Origin: Acidobacteriota bacterium
GTDB taxonomy: Bacteria; Acidobacteriota; Thermoanaerobaculia; UBA5066
Direction: 5' to 3'
Assembly (NCBI GenBank): GCA_030278895.1
Contig: JARXKK010000001.1
Location: 16,565 to 80,564, forward strand
Length of the DNA stretch: 64,000 nt
Both the position numbers and the translations under genes were made by a program. This document shows positions 19,364-28,027 of this stretch, one piece after another. The notes below the pieces were generated by a model, which had not been told where the DNA came from, did not search any database, and worked only from the letters and a program-made list of their open reading frames with translations. Numbering within the stretch: the first letter of the stretch is position 1; every line of letters starts with the position of its first letter.

Positions 19364-22300
19364 ATGGCTCCGCCACCACCCGCGGGACCTGCCTCTTCAC
19401 CGCGGGCGTTTCGCGGAATCCTGCTTCTGCTCGCCCTCTTCGCCCTCGTCGTCCGGGTGATCGGGCTCGATTTCGACCAGAACCACTTCTTCCACCCGGA
19501 CGAGCGCGCGATCGGCGACGCGATCCTCAAGCTCTCGTTCCAGCCCCTTCAGCTGAACCCCCACTTCTTCGCCTATGGCTCGCTTCCGTTCTACCTGACC
19601 AGGGGGCTCTCGTCCCTTCTCGCCACGATCTCGGGGCGCGACTGGTTCATTTCCTACGACGGCGTCATCCACGTCGGGCGATTCCTGTCGGCCCTCGCGG
19701 GCGCGCTCACCGTCGCGCTCCTCGCCGCCGTGGGACGCCGCCTTTACGGGCCGAAGACAGGCCTCCTCGCGGGGCTCCTCCTCGCGCTCGCCGTTCTCCA
19801 CGTCCAGACCTCGCACTTCGCCGCGACGGACGTGACGCTCACCCTTTTCGTCCTCCTCGCGCTCGCCGCCTCGGGCCGTCTCGCAAGGCATGGGCGTTTC
19901 GGCGACGCTCTTCTCGCCGGCGCGCTCACGGGCTTCGCAGTCGCGACGAAGGCGAGCGCGGCTCCCCTCGTTCTCCCCCTCGCCGTCGGGGTCTTCTTCG
20001 CCTGCCGGCCGGCGCGTGCCTGGGGGCGCGGGCTGCTGCTTCTCGCGGCCGGGGGATCCGCCGCTTTGGTCGCGTTCTTCGTCGGCGAACCCTACGCGTT
20101 TCTGGACTTCCACACGTTCTGGCGTTCTCTCTCCGAACAGGGCGCGATGGTCCGCCACGCGGGAATGCTGCCGTACACGAACCAGTACGTCGGCGTCCCG
20201 AACTTCCTTTACGAGGCGAAGGAAATCGTGCTCTGGGGCCTCGGTCCGCTCCTCGGCGTCGCCGCGCTGTGGGCTTCGGCCCGGCGCCTGGTTCGGGTCC
20301 GGAAGCTCTCGGACGTCGAGTGGGTCTTCGCCTCTTTCTTCGTGCCCTACGTCCTCCTGACGTGCACGTTCGAGGTGAAGTTCCCGCGCTATCTTCTGCC
20401 CGTCTACCCGCTTCTTGTCCTGTGGGCGGCGGCCTGGCTCACGGAGAAGGCCGAGCGCGGGCGGGCGGGACGCATCCTCCGGGCCGCGGTCGTGGGCGGC
20501 TCCGCCGTGTGGCTTCTCGCGTTCGCCGGGATCTACACGCGTCCGCACAGCTCGGTCACGGCGTCCCGGTGGTTCCACGACGCCGTCCCCGACGGCGCCC
20601 GGGTCCTGGAGCAGGACTGGGACGAGGGGTTCCCGTTCACGTTTCCCGACCGCTCGGCCGAGCGTTACAGGATCGTCACGTTCGGCTTCTACGAGCCCGA
20701 CTCGCCCGAGAAGATGGCGAAGCTCGCCCGGGAGCTGGCCGGCGCGGACTGGGTCGTCCTGCAGACGAAGCGTCTTTACGGCGCCGTCACGCGCGCCCCG
20801 GAGAAGTTCCCGCTCACGAACCGCGCGTTCCGCCTCCTCTTCGCGGGCGATCTCGGCTACACGCTGGTCCGGGAAGTCGCGTCACGCCCGTCTCTCTTCG
20901 GAATCCAGGTGCCCGACGAGCTCGCCGACGAGTCGTTCACCGTCTACGACCACCCGAAGGTCGTTTTCTTCCAGAACACGAAGCGCCTCTCTGCCGAGGC
21001 GCTCGAAAGCGCCCTCCTGTCGGCGACGCCGTCCAAGACCCTGACGCGGAACGACCTCCTTCTGGCGCACCCGGCGTCCACTGCGGCGACCGCCACGACG
21101 GCCACGGCCGGCGTCACGGGCCCCGCGGGCGACGCCGCGGAGCCGGGCCCCGGAGTCCCCACTCTCAGGCTCTCCCTCCTGGCGCTCCTTCTCTTCGCTG
21201 CATGGCTCGAAGCGGTGGGGCGGGCGGGCGCGGGAATCCTCGCCGTCCTGCTCCCCGCTCGGCCGGGTCGCGACGCGCTCGGGCGCGTCACCGGCGTCCT
21301 TCTCTTCGCGTTCGTGCCGTGGCTCGTCGTCGCGTGGCACTGGGCGCCGTTCACGCGGGGCCTCCTCGTCGTCACGACGGCCGCGCTCCTCGCCGCCGGC
21401 TTCCTGTGCGCGCGCCGCGCGCGCGTCACCGGAACCGCGACGCCCGCGCCCGAGCGACGGAAGACGGCGCTCGTCTTCTGGGCCACGTTCTTTTTCTTTC
21501 TCGCCGTCCGCGCCGCGAACCCCGAGATCTATTCGGGCGAGAAGACGATGGACTTCTCGTTCCTGAACACGCTCCTCAGGTCCACGGAGCTTCCGCCACC
21601 CGAGCCGTGGCTCGCCGGCACGACGCTGTCGTACACCTACTTCGGCCACTTCCTCGCCGCTGCGGCCGGGAAGCTTCTCGGCATCCACCCGGGCCTGCTC
21701 TTCAACCTCGCGATCGCGATGACGGCCGCGCTCGCGGCCTCGGCGATCTTCGCGGCCGGCGCCGCGCTCGGCGGACGCCTGCGGACGGGCGCCGTCGCGG
21801 TGCTGCTCGCGCTCTATCTCGCGCCGCCCTCCGGCCCCTGGACCGCGTTCGATTTCCACTGGCGCCAGGCGGGCCGTCCGCTCGACTGGCACTACTTCTG
21901 GGCGACTTCACGCGTCATCGCCCCGAACGGGATCAGCGAGTACTTCTTCTGGAGCTTCCTCTTCGCGGACCTCCACGCGCACGTCCTCGCGCTGCCTTTC
22001 ACCGCCGCCTTCGTCGCCGTCCTCCTTCTCTTCGTGACGCGCGATCGGCTCGCTTCTTTCGCTCCCCGTCATGGGGTGGCGCTCGTCGGGCTCGCAGGCC
22101 TCTTCTTCGCCGCGCTTCAGATCACGAACGGCTGGTCGACACCCGTCTACGCGTGCCTTCTCCTCTTTCTTCCCGGCGTCCTCTGGCTCGGAACCCGGGC
22201 GCCCTCCTTCACCGCATCGGCCCGGGCGCTCGCGAGCGGCGTCCTCCTGCCGGCCGCCGGCGTCGCGCTTTCGGCCGCGCTCCTCGCGCGCCCGTTCTGG

Positions 22301-24217
22301 GCGCACTTCTCGCCGCCGCCCCGAAACTGGGGCCGCGAGGTAGGCCCGTGGGCGCGGCCGTGGGACTTCTTCAACGTCTGGGCCTTCTTCGTCGCACTCC
22401 TCCTCCCGTTTGCTTTCTACGCGTGGAAGACGGGCGCCTCGCCTCGCGGAAAGGCCGCGCGCGCGTTCCTGATTCTCGCGGCGATTGCCCTCCCCCTGTC
22501 CGTCGTGTCCTTCTCTTTCCATCCGCCTCGGCTCGCGGAAGTGCCTTCTTCGGCGTTCTTCACCGCCATCGCCTTTCTCGTCGCGCTCGGTGCCGCGCTC
22601 CGGCGCGCGACCGACGACCGCCTTCGCCCCGCCCTCGCTCTCGTCGCCTTCGGCTTCGCGATCCTCACGGGGTGTGAGGTCGTCTACGTGTGGGACCGGA
22701 TGAACACGATCTTCAAGTTCCACTTCGAGACCTGGCTCCTCTTCTCCCTCGCGGGAGCCCTCGCGTGGGAGACGTTCCGGGCTTCGAAGAACTTCCTTTG
22801 GCGCGTCGCGATCGTCCTGACGGGCTGCGCCGCCCTGTACACGACCGTCACCGCGTTCACCGGTTTCCTGAGGCTCGACCGGGGCGGATGGCCCAAGGGC
22901 ACGCTCGACGGCACGGCGTATCTCGAGAAGCAGAGCCCCGGCGACCGCGGCGCCATCGAGTGGATCAACGCGAACGTCCGCGGACTGCCCGTGCTCCTCG
23001 AGGCGCAGGGCCCCGCGTACCAGGACTTCACGCGTCTCTCCATGAACACCGGGCTTCCCACCGTCCTCGGCTGGGACTACCACGTCTACCAGCGCGGCCA
23101 CGCGCAGGCGGAGGTCGACCGCCGCAAGCTGGATGTCGTCCTGGCTTACACCTCGGCCGACGAGACCGTCGTCAAACGGATCCTCTCGCGCACCCACGTC
23201 GCGCTCGTCGCCGTCGGAAATCTCGAGCGCAAGACGTACGCCGGCGCGAATCTCGCGCGTTTCGAGGCGTGGACGGATCTCCTGACGCCCGTCTACCGCA
23301 ATCCCGAGTTCGTCCTCTTCGCCGTGAATGGCGTTTTTTCCGCCGGCGCCGCCGTGGCTGCCGTGCAGGTGGAAGAACTCCGCGCCCCGCCGAGGCAGGC
23401 GGAAGCCGCCCCACCTCCGGCCGACGCTCCGGGCCGCCTCCGCCAGCCTCGCGGCGCCGCATCCGATCGCACCGGCCGCGTCTGGGTCGCCGACTTCGGG
23501 AACCAGCGGATCCAGCTCTTCGCCGCGGACGGATCCCCCGGGCTCGCGCTCGGCACGCGCGGCAGCGGGCCCATGCAGTTCAACGACCCGTGCGGGGTCG
23601 CGGTTGGTCCGTCAGGCCTCGTCTTCGTGGCCGATACGTGGAATGCCCGCGTCCAGGTCTTCGACGAGAAGGGAGTCTGGCAGCGCGAGTGGGGCGACGC
23701 CTTCTTCGGACCGCGCGGCATCGCCGTGGATTCCGGCGGCTCGGTCTTCGTCGCGGACACGGGAAACGGCCGCATCGTCCGCTTCGACGCCTTCGGGCAT
23801 CGGGAAGCCGAGTGGGGCCGCGCGGACGGCGCCGGAAAGCTCGCCGACCCGCAGGGCGTCGTCGCCGCCAAAGACGGCAAGATCTACGTGGCCGACAACG
23901 GAAACGGAAGGGTCGCCGTCTTCGACAGGAACGGAGGATTCGTGCGCGCCTTCGACGTCGCGGGCTGGAAACGCGCCTCGCTCTCCGAGCCCTACCTCGC
24001 GCTGGACGCGGGCGGCCTTCTCTGGGTGTCCGTGCCGCTCCTCGACGAGGTGCGCGGCTACACCCCGGAGGGACGCCTCGTGACGACGCTGCGCGGAAAG
24101 GACCTCCCGGAGGGCCAGCGGTTCGAGAAGCCCTCCGGGCTCGCCCTGCTGCCGAAGAGACGCCTCTTCGTGTCGGACCTCGAGGGAGGGTTCGCGGTCG
24201 TCCCTCTTCCGCGCTGA
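19364..24217 (+). CDS. giant (1617 aa) membrane glycosyltransferase: GT39/PMT-like N-domain, DUF2298 (YYY-type) central domain and C-terminal NHL-repeat beta-propeller
   Basis: The DE motif is HFFHPDERAIGD. A central segment (EKTMDFSFLNTLLRSTELPPPEPWLAGTTLSYTYFGHF) is paralogous to the stand-alone DUF2298 gene at 29412. The C-terminus has at least six NHL-type repeats (VWVADFGNQRIQLF, VFVADTWNARVQVF, VFVADTGNGRIVRF, IYVADNGNGRVAVF ...). The ATG start was chosen downstream of the divergent SGNH gene. Confidence 0.8.
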   Translation: MAPPPPAGPASSPRAFRGILLLLALFALVVRVIGLDFDQNHFFHPDERAIGDAILKLSFQPLQLNPHFFAYGSLPFYLTRGLSSLLATISGRDWFISYDGVIHVGRFLSALAGALTVALLAAVGRRLYGPKTGLLAGLLLALAVLHVQTSHFAATDVTLTLFVLLALAASGRLARHGRFGDALLAGALTGFAVATKASAAPLVLPLAVGVFFACRPARAWGRGLLLLAAGGSAALVAFFVGEPYAFLDFHTFWRSLSEQGAMVRHAGMLPYTNQYVGVPNFLYEAKEIVLWGLGPLLGVAALWASARRLVRVRKLSDVEWVFASFFVPYVLLTCTFEVKFPRYLLPVYPLLVLWAAAWLTEKAERGRAGRILRAAVVGGSAVWLLAFAGIYTRPHSSVTASRWFHDAVPDGARVLEQDWDEGFPFTFPDRSAERYRIVTFGFYEPDSPEKMAKLARELAGADWVVLQTKRLYGAVTRAPEKFPLTNRAFRLLFAGDLGYTLVREVASRPSLFGIQVPDELADESFTVYDHPKVVFFQNTKRLSAEALESALLSATPSKTLTRNDLLLAHPASTAATATTATAGVTGPAGDAAEPGPGVPTLRLSLLALLLFAAWLEAVGRAGAGILAVLLPARPGRDALGRVTGVLLFAFVPWLVVAWHWAPFTRGLLVVTTAALLAAGFLCARRARVTGTATPAPERRKTALVFWATFFFFLAVRAANPEIYSGEKTMDFSFLNTLLRSTELPPPEPWLAGTTLSYTYFGHFLAAAAGKLLGIHPGLLFNLAIAMTAALAASAIFAAGAALGGRLRTGAVAVLLALYLAPPSGPWTAFDFHWRQAGRPLDWHYFWATSRVIAPNGISEYFFWSFLFADLHAHVLALPFTAAFVAVLLLFVTRDRLASFAPRHGVALVGLAGLFFAALQITNGWSTPVYACLLLFLPGVLWLGTRAPSFTASARALASGVLLPAAGVALSAALLARPFWAHFSPPPRNWGREVGPWARPWDFFNVWAFFVALLLPFAFYAWKTGASPRGKAARAFLILAAIALPLSVVSFSFHPPRLAEVPSSAFFTAIAFLVALGAALRRATDDRLRPALALVAFGFAILTGCEVVYVWDRMNTIFKFHFETWLLFSLAGALAWETFRASKNFLWRVAIVLTGCAALYTTVTAFTGFLRLDRGGWPKGTLDGTAYLEKQSPGDRGAIEWINANVRGLPVLLEAQGPAYQDFTRLSMNTGLPTVLGWDYHVYQRGHAQAEVDRRKLDVVLAYTSADETVVKRILSRTHVALVAVGNLERKTYAGANLARFEAWTDLLTPVYRNPEFVLFAVNGVFSAGAAVAAVQVEELRAPPRQAEAAPPPADAPGRLRQPRGAASDRTGRVWVADFGNQRIQLFAADGSPGLALGTRGSGPMQFNDPCGVAVGPSGLVFVADTWNARVQVFDEKGVWQREWGDAFFGPRGIAVDSGGSVFVADTGNGRIVRFDAFGHREAEWGRADGAGKLADPQGVVAAKDGKIYVADNGNGRVAVFDRNGGFVRAFDVAGWKRASLSEPYLALDAGGLLWVSVPLLDEVRGYTPEGRLVTTLRGKDLPEGQRFEKPSGLALLPKRRLFVSDLEGGFAVVPLPR

Positions 24218-24241
24218 ACAAGGCTCGAAACGCAACCATTC

Positions 24242-25288
24242 ATGGATGATATGAACGCGACCTTCAAGGCCGCCTGGTGGCTGCGAGGCCGTCACGCGCA
24301 GACGACATGGGGGCGGCTGGCCCGCTCCCGGACACAGATGCCCCTCCGGCGCGAGGCGTTGATCGCGCCCGACGGCGACACGGTGCTCCTCGACCACCTC
24401 GAACGCCCCCCGTCGGAGGGCACGGACGGCGCGGCGAGGCTCCTCATCCTCCACGGCCTCGAGGGCAGCTCCAACTCGGTTTACGTACAGGGCCTCCTCG
24501 CCCTCGCCGCACGAAAGGGGCTTCGCGCCAGCGTCCTGAACTTCCGGTACTGCGCGCGCGACGCGAAAGATCTTGCGCGCTGCATTCCGAACGAGCGCCC
24601 GCGCCTCTATCACTCGGGCGAGACCTCCGACTTCGACTTCGTCGCGCGCACACTCGCGGCCCGGGACGAACGCCCCCTGGTCGCGGCGGGCATTTCCCTC
24701 GGGGGTAACGCCCTCCTCAAGTGGCTGGGAGAACACCCGAATGATCCGACCGTCGCCGCGGCCGCGACCCTGTCCGTCCCCTACGACCTCGCGGCCGGGG
24801 ATCGGTACATGTCGTCGTTTCCGACCAACCTCTATGTGCGCGGCTTCGTGAAGACGCTCACGGCAAAGGCCGAAGACCTCCTGCGCCGCTTTCCCGAAGC
24901 GGCCGAGAGAATCGATCTCCCGCGCGCACGGCGCGCGTATACGTTTCGCGAATTCGACGCCGCCGCCACGGCACCGCTTCACGGCTTCGCAAGCGCGGAC
25001 GACTACTACACCCGCTCGAGTTCTCTTCCGTTCCTCCCGTACATCACCGTCCCGACGCTCTGTATTTCGGCGCTGGACGATCCGTTTCTGCCGCCCGAGG
25101 CGACGCGCCGCGCCCAGGCCACGGCGTCCTCAGCCGTCACGTTCGTCGTGACGGAACGGGGCGGGCACGCGGGCTTCGTCGCGGCGCGGGGGCTCACGCC
25201 GGTGTACTGGGCCGAGGAAGCCGTGATCGCGTTCCTCGCCCTCCGCGCTCGCGGAGAGGATTCCCGCGACGACTGGCGGAGCGGGTAG
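24242..25288 (+). CDS. alpha/beta-fold hydrolase, YheT-like
   Basis: HGLEGSS, the nucleophile elbow GISLGGN and a C-terminal catalytic His region are present. Confidence 0.7.
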   Translation: MDDMNATFKAAWWLRGRHAQTTWGRLARSRTQMPLRREALIAPDGDTVLLDHLERPPSEGTDGAARLLILHGLEGSSNSVYVQGLLALAARKGLRASVLNFRYCARDAKDLARCIPNERPRLYHSGETSDFDFVARTLAARDERPLVAAGISLGGNALLKWLGEHPNDPTVAAAATLSVPYDLAAGDRYMSSFPTNLYVRGFVKTLTAKAEDLLRRFPEAAERIDLPRARRAYTFREFDAAATAPLHGFASADDYYTRSSSLPFLPYITVPTLCISALDDPFLPPEATRRAQATASSAVTFVVTERGGHAGFVAARGLTPVYWAEEAVIAFLALRARGEDSRDDWRSG

Positions 25289-25298
25289 GCTCGCCCGC

Positions 25299-26546
25299 GT
25301 GACACAGGCCGCCGATCTCGGGCCGGTCCCCGATGCCGAGAAGACACAGTCCCCCTTCGATCTCTTCCTCATCATCGCGGGGGCGAATCTCGTCGCGACG
25401 ACGCTTCAGACGGGCGCGAGCCTCGCTCCCGCGTTCGGACTGAAACAAGCGGCGTTCCTCGCCGCGGCAGGCGTCATCCTGGGGACCGGGCTCGTAGCCG
25501 CGCTCACGCCTCTCGGGCCGCGTCTCGGCGTCCCCTCCGTCGTGGCGTGCCGGGCCGCGCTCGGCCTCCGAGGCGGCGCCCTGGTCTCGCTCATCCTGTA
25601 CGTGACGAACTTCGCGTGGATCGCCGTAAACAATGTGATCGCGGCCTCCGCGTGCGCGCGCGTTTTCGGAGGCCCCGGCAGCGAACGGTTCTGGGCGTTC
25701 GGCCTCGGCCTCCTCGCCGCCGCCGTCGTGGCGGGCGGACCCCGGGCCGTCTCCCACGCGGACCGCGTCGCCGTTCCCCTCCTTCTCGTCGTGGGCGGCA
25801 TCCTGACGTTCGCGTTCCTGCGCCTGCCGGCGGCCGTGACGGCGGCGCCCGGAAACGGTTCGATGTCGGCCGTCCGCGGCCTCGACGTCGTGATCGGCTA
25901 CCAGGTCTCGTGGCTCCTCATCTTCGGCGACTACCCGCGCTACACACGCTCGCCGGGAAAGGCCACGGTCGCCGTCTTCCTCGGCCTCGCGCTCACGAGT
26001 CTGTGGTTCGTGCCCCTCGGCTTCGTCGCGGCGCGCGCCGCCGGCTCGACGAACCCCGGCGCGATGCTCGCGGCCGCCGGCATCGGCGGCCTCGGCGCCG
26101 TCCTTCTTGCCCTCGCGACACTCACGACGAACTTCGTGAACATCTACATGTCCGCCCTCGCATGGAAGAGCCTCGTCCCGGCGGCGCGCGACCGCGTGTC
26201 CATCTGGACGATCGGCGTCGTCGGCGCGGGACTCTCCCTTTTCTCCGGCTGGCTCGATCGCTACGCGGACTTCATGCTCCTTCTCGGCGGACTCCTCGTA
26301 CCCGTCGGCGGCGTCCTTCTCGCCCACTTCTTCCTGCTACGGCGCGCCGTCGCCGTCCAGGACCTCTATGCCGAAAACGGGCCCCCGAGCCGCCACGGTG
26401 GCTTCGCGATCCCCGGGATGTGCGGCTGGGCCGCCGGCGCGGCCGCGTACTTTCTCGCCGGCTCGACGGGCGGGACGCTGCCCGCGCTCGTGACGGCCCT
26501 CGTCGTGACGTGGGGTCTCGAGCGGGCGCTTCCCCGCTCCGCGTAG
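25299..26546 (+). CDS. NCS1-family nucleobase:cation symporter (purine-cytosine/CytX-like permease)
   Basis: 12-TM topology, length, and the N-terminal PFDLFLIIAGANL and WIAVNNVIAAS segments fit NCS1 permeases. Confidence 0.65.
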   Translation: MTQAADLGPVPDAEKTQSPFDLFLIIAGANLVATTLQTGASLAPAFGLKQAAFLAAAGVILGTGLVAALTPLGPRLGVPSVVACRAALGLRGGALVSLILYVTNFAWIAVNNVIAASACARVFGGPGSERFWAFGLGLLAAAVVAGGPRAVSHADRVAVPLLLVVGGILTFAFLRLPAAVTAAPGNGSMSAVRGLDVVIGYQVSWLLIFGDYPRYTRSPGKATVAVFLGLALTSLWFVPLGFVAARAAGSTNPGAMLAAAGIGGLGAVLLALATLTTNFVNIYMSALAWKSLVPAARDRVSIWTIGVVGAGLSLFSGWLDRYADFMLLLGGLLVPVGGVLLAHFFLLRRAVAVQDLYAENGPPSRHGGFAIPGMCGWAAGAAAYFLAGSTGGTLPALVTALVVTWGLERALPRSA

Positions 26547-26557
26547 AGAATCGCGGC

Positions 26558-27664
26558 GTGAGCGCGCCCCCCCGCCGCATCCTTCACCTCGACATGGATG
26601 CGTTCTACGCGTCCGTCGAGCAACGCGACGACCCCTCCCTGCGCGGCAGGCCCGTCGCGGTCGGCGGGGATCCGAAGGGCCGCGGCGTCGTCGTGGCCGC
26701 GAGCTACGAGGCGCGGAAGTTCGGCGTGCGCTCGGCGATCCCGATGGCGCGCGCGGTGCGCCTCTGCCCGCATCTCGCGATCGTCCGTCCCGACTTCAAG
26801 CGCTACGCCGCCGTCTCGAAGCAGATCTTCGACCTCTACCGGGCCGTCACGCCGCTCGTCGAGCCGCTTTCCCTCGACGAGGCGTACCTCGACGTGACGG
26901 AGAACGCGTGGAATGAACCGCTCGGCATGTCGGTCGCGCGCCGCCTGAAGGCGGAGGTCTTCGAGGCGACCTCTCTCACCGTCTCGGCGGGCGTCGCGCC
27001 GAACAAGTTCCTCGCGAAGATCGCCTCCGGCTGGAAGAAGCCCGACGGCCTGACGGTCATCGCGCCCGAAAGGGTCGAGAGGTTCCTCGAGAAGCTGCCG
27101 GTCGACGCGCTCTGGGGCGTCGGACCGAAGACGGCGGAGAAGCTGCTCGCGATCGGATGCGTCCGGCTCGTGGACGTACGGAAGGTTCCCGTGGAAGAGC
27201 TCCGGCGCGTCGTCGGCAGCTGGGCGGATTCCCTTCAGCGCCTCGCCCACGGCGAGGATTCCCGCCGCGTCGTCCCGAATCAGCGGGCGAAGTCGTGCAG
27301 CACCGAGGACACCTACGCGAAGGACCTGACCGACCTCGCCGAGATGCGGGCCGAGATCGAGGCCATGGCGCGCCATGACGCTTCGTGGCTCGCGCGGCGC
27401 GATCTCTTCGCGCGCACGGTCGTCCTGAAGGTGCGTTACGGGGACTTCACGACCGTCACGCGCAGCAACACACGGCGGCCTACGCGCGACGCGGACGAGC
27501 TCGCCGCGCGCGCCGCCCGGCTTCTCGAGCGGACGGACGCCGCCACGCGCCCCGTCCGTCTCCTCGGCGTCGGCGTCCACGGCCTCCTCACGCCCGAGGA
27601 GCTAAAGCGGGCGATCCCGCTCGACCCGCAGCTATCGTTCGTCTCCCTCGTCGAAGGGCCCTGA
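26558..27664 (+). CDS. dinB: DNA polymerase IV (Y-family translesion polymerase)
   Basis: RRILHLDMDAFYASVEQRDDPSLRGRPVAVGG, SLDEAYLDVT and the little-finger domain are present. GTG start. Confidence 0.9.
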   Translation: MSAPPRRILHLDMDAFYASVEQRDDPSLRGRPVAVGGDPKGRGVVVAASYEARKFGVRSAIPMARAVRLCPHLAIVRPDFKRYAAVSKQIFDLYRAVTPLVEPLSLDEAYLDVTENAWNEPLGMSVARRLKAEVFEATSLTVSAGVAPNKFLAKIASGWKKPDGLTVIAPERVERFLEKLPVDALWGVGPKTAEKLLAIGCVRLVDVRKVPVEELRRVVGSWADSLQRLAHGEDSRRVVPNQRAKSCSTEDTYAKDLTDLAEMRAEIEAMARHDASWLARRDLFARTVVLKVRYGDFTTVTRSNTRRPTRDADELAARAARLLERTDAATRPVRLLGVGVHGLLTPEELKRAIPLDPQLSFVSLVEGP

Positions 27665-27666
27665 AC

Positions 27667-28002
27667 TCAGCGGGCGCCGAGCTCCGCGCGAAGCGATTCC
27701 TCGTGGAACCCGACGAGGAGGCGCCGCCCGATCCGCATCATGGGCGCGCGAAAGTTGCCCGTCGGGCCGCGCAGATCGCCGAGCGTCACGTCCTTCGCCG
27801 GCACGGTCCGCGCGGATTTCCCCTTCGCGATGACGACCTCGTCGACCTGCTTCAGGAGGCCGTGGACGTCCTTGTCCGAGAGCGGTTCCGACCTGGCCTT
27901 GCGCGTCGTGGCGACGCGGGCCTTCGCGGCGTCCAGCACCTCACGGGTGCGGCCGCAGCTCGTTCAACCCTGGCGGTGGTAGTAGAAGTCGACGTTTCGC
28001 AT
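27667..28002 (-). CDS. candidate selenoprotein, ArsC/Spx/YffB (glutaredoxin-fold) family, with in-frame TGA read as Sec in a UxxC redox motif
   Basis: From ATG at 28000-28002 (minus) the frame reads MRNVDFYYHRQG-TGA-TSCGRTREVLDAAKARV... The TGA aligns with the first Cys of the family CxxC motif (compare Spx ..LYTSPSCTSCRKARAWL). The track ORF 27667..27939 is the same frame after the TGA. The C-terminus GNFRAPMMRIGRRLLVGFHEESL matches the family. Total 111 aa. Confidence 0.55.
27933..27952 (-). promoter_or_regulatory. putative bacterial SECIS hairpin 3' of the in-frame UGA
   Basis: The mRNA segment GCACC-CGUGA-GGUGC forms a 5-bp stem with a 5-nt loop starting 16 nt after the UGA. An extra CC/GG lower stem with a bulged U is possible. 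Loop G and U fall at +23/+24 from the U of UGA. Confidence 0.4.
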
Positions 28003-28027
28003 ATACCCGAGTCTAGCGAACGCGCTC

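Noticed and set aside
19147-22677. 1176-aa plus-strand ORF overlapping the 1617-aa glycosyltransferase in another frame
   Set aside because: Arg/Pro-rich nonsense. The chosen frame shows TM helices and NHL repeats.
27667-27939. Reading the ArsC-family ORF as a truncated 90-aa protein or pseudogene
   Set aside because: The upstream frame continues through a single TGA into a canonical ArsC/Spx N-terminus with a proper ATG. The TGA aligns with the catalytic Cys and is followed by a SECIS-like hairpin. A selenoprotein is more parsimonious than decay, but it is unproven.
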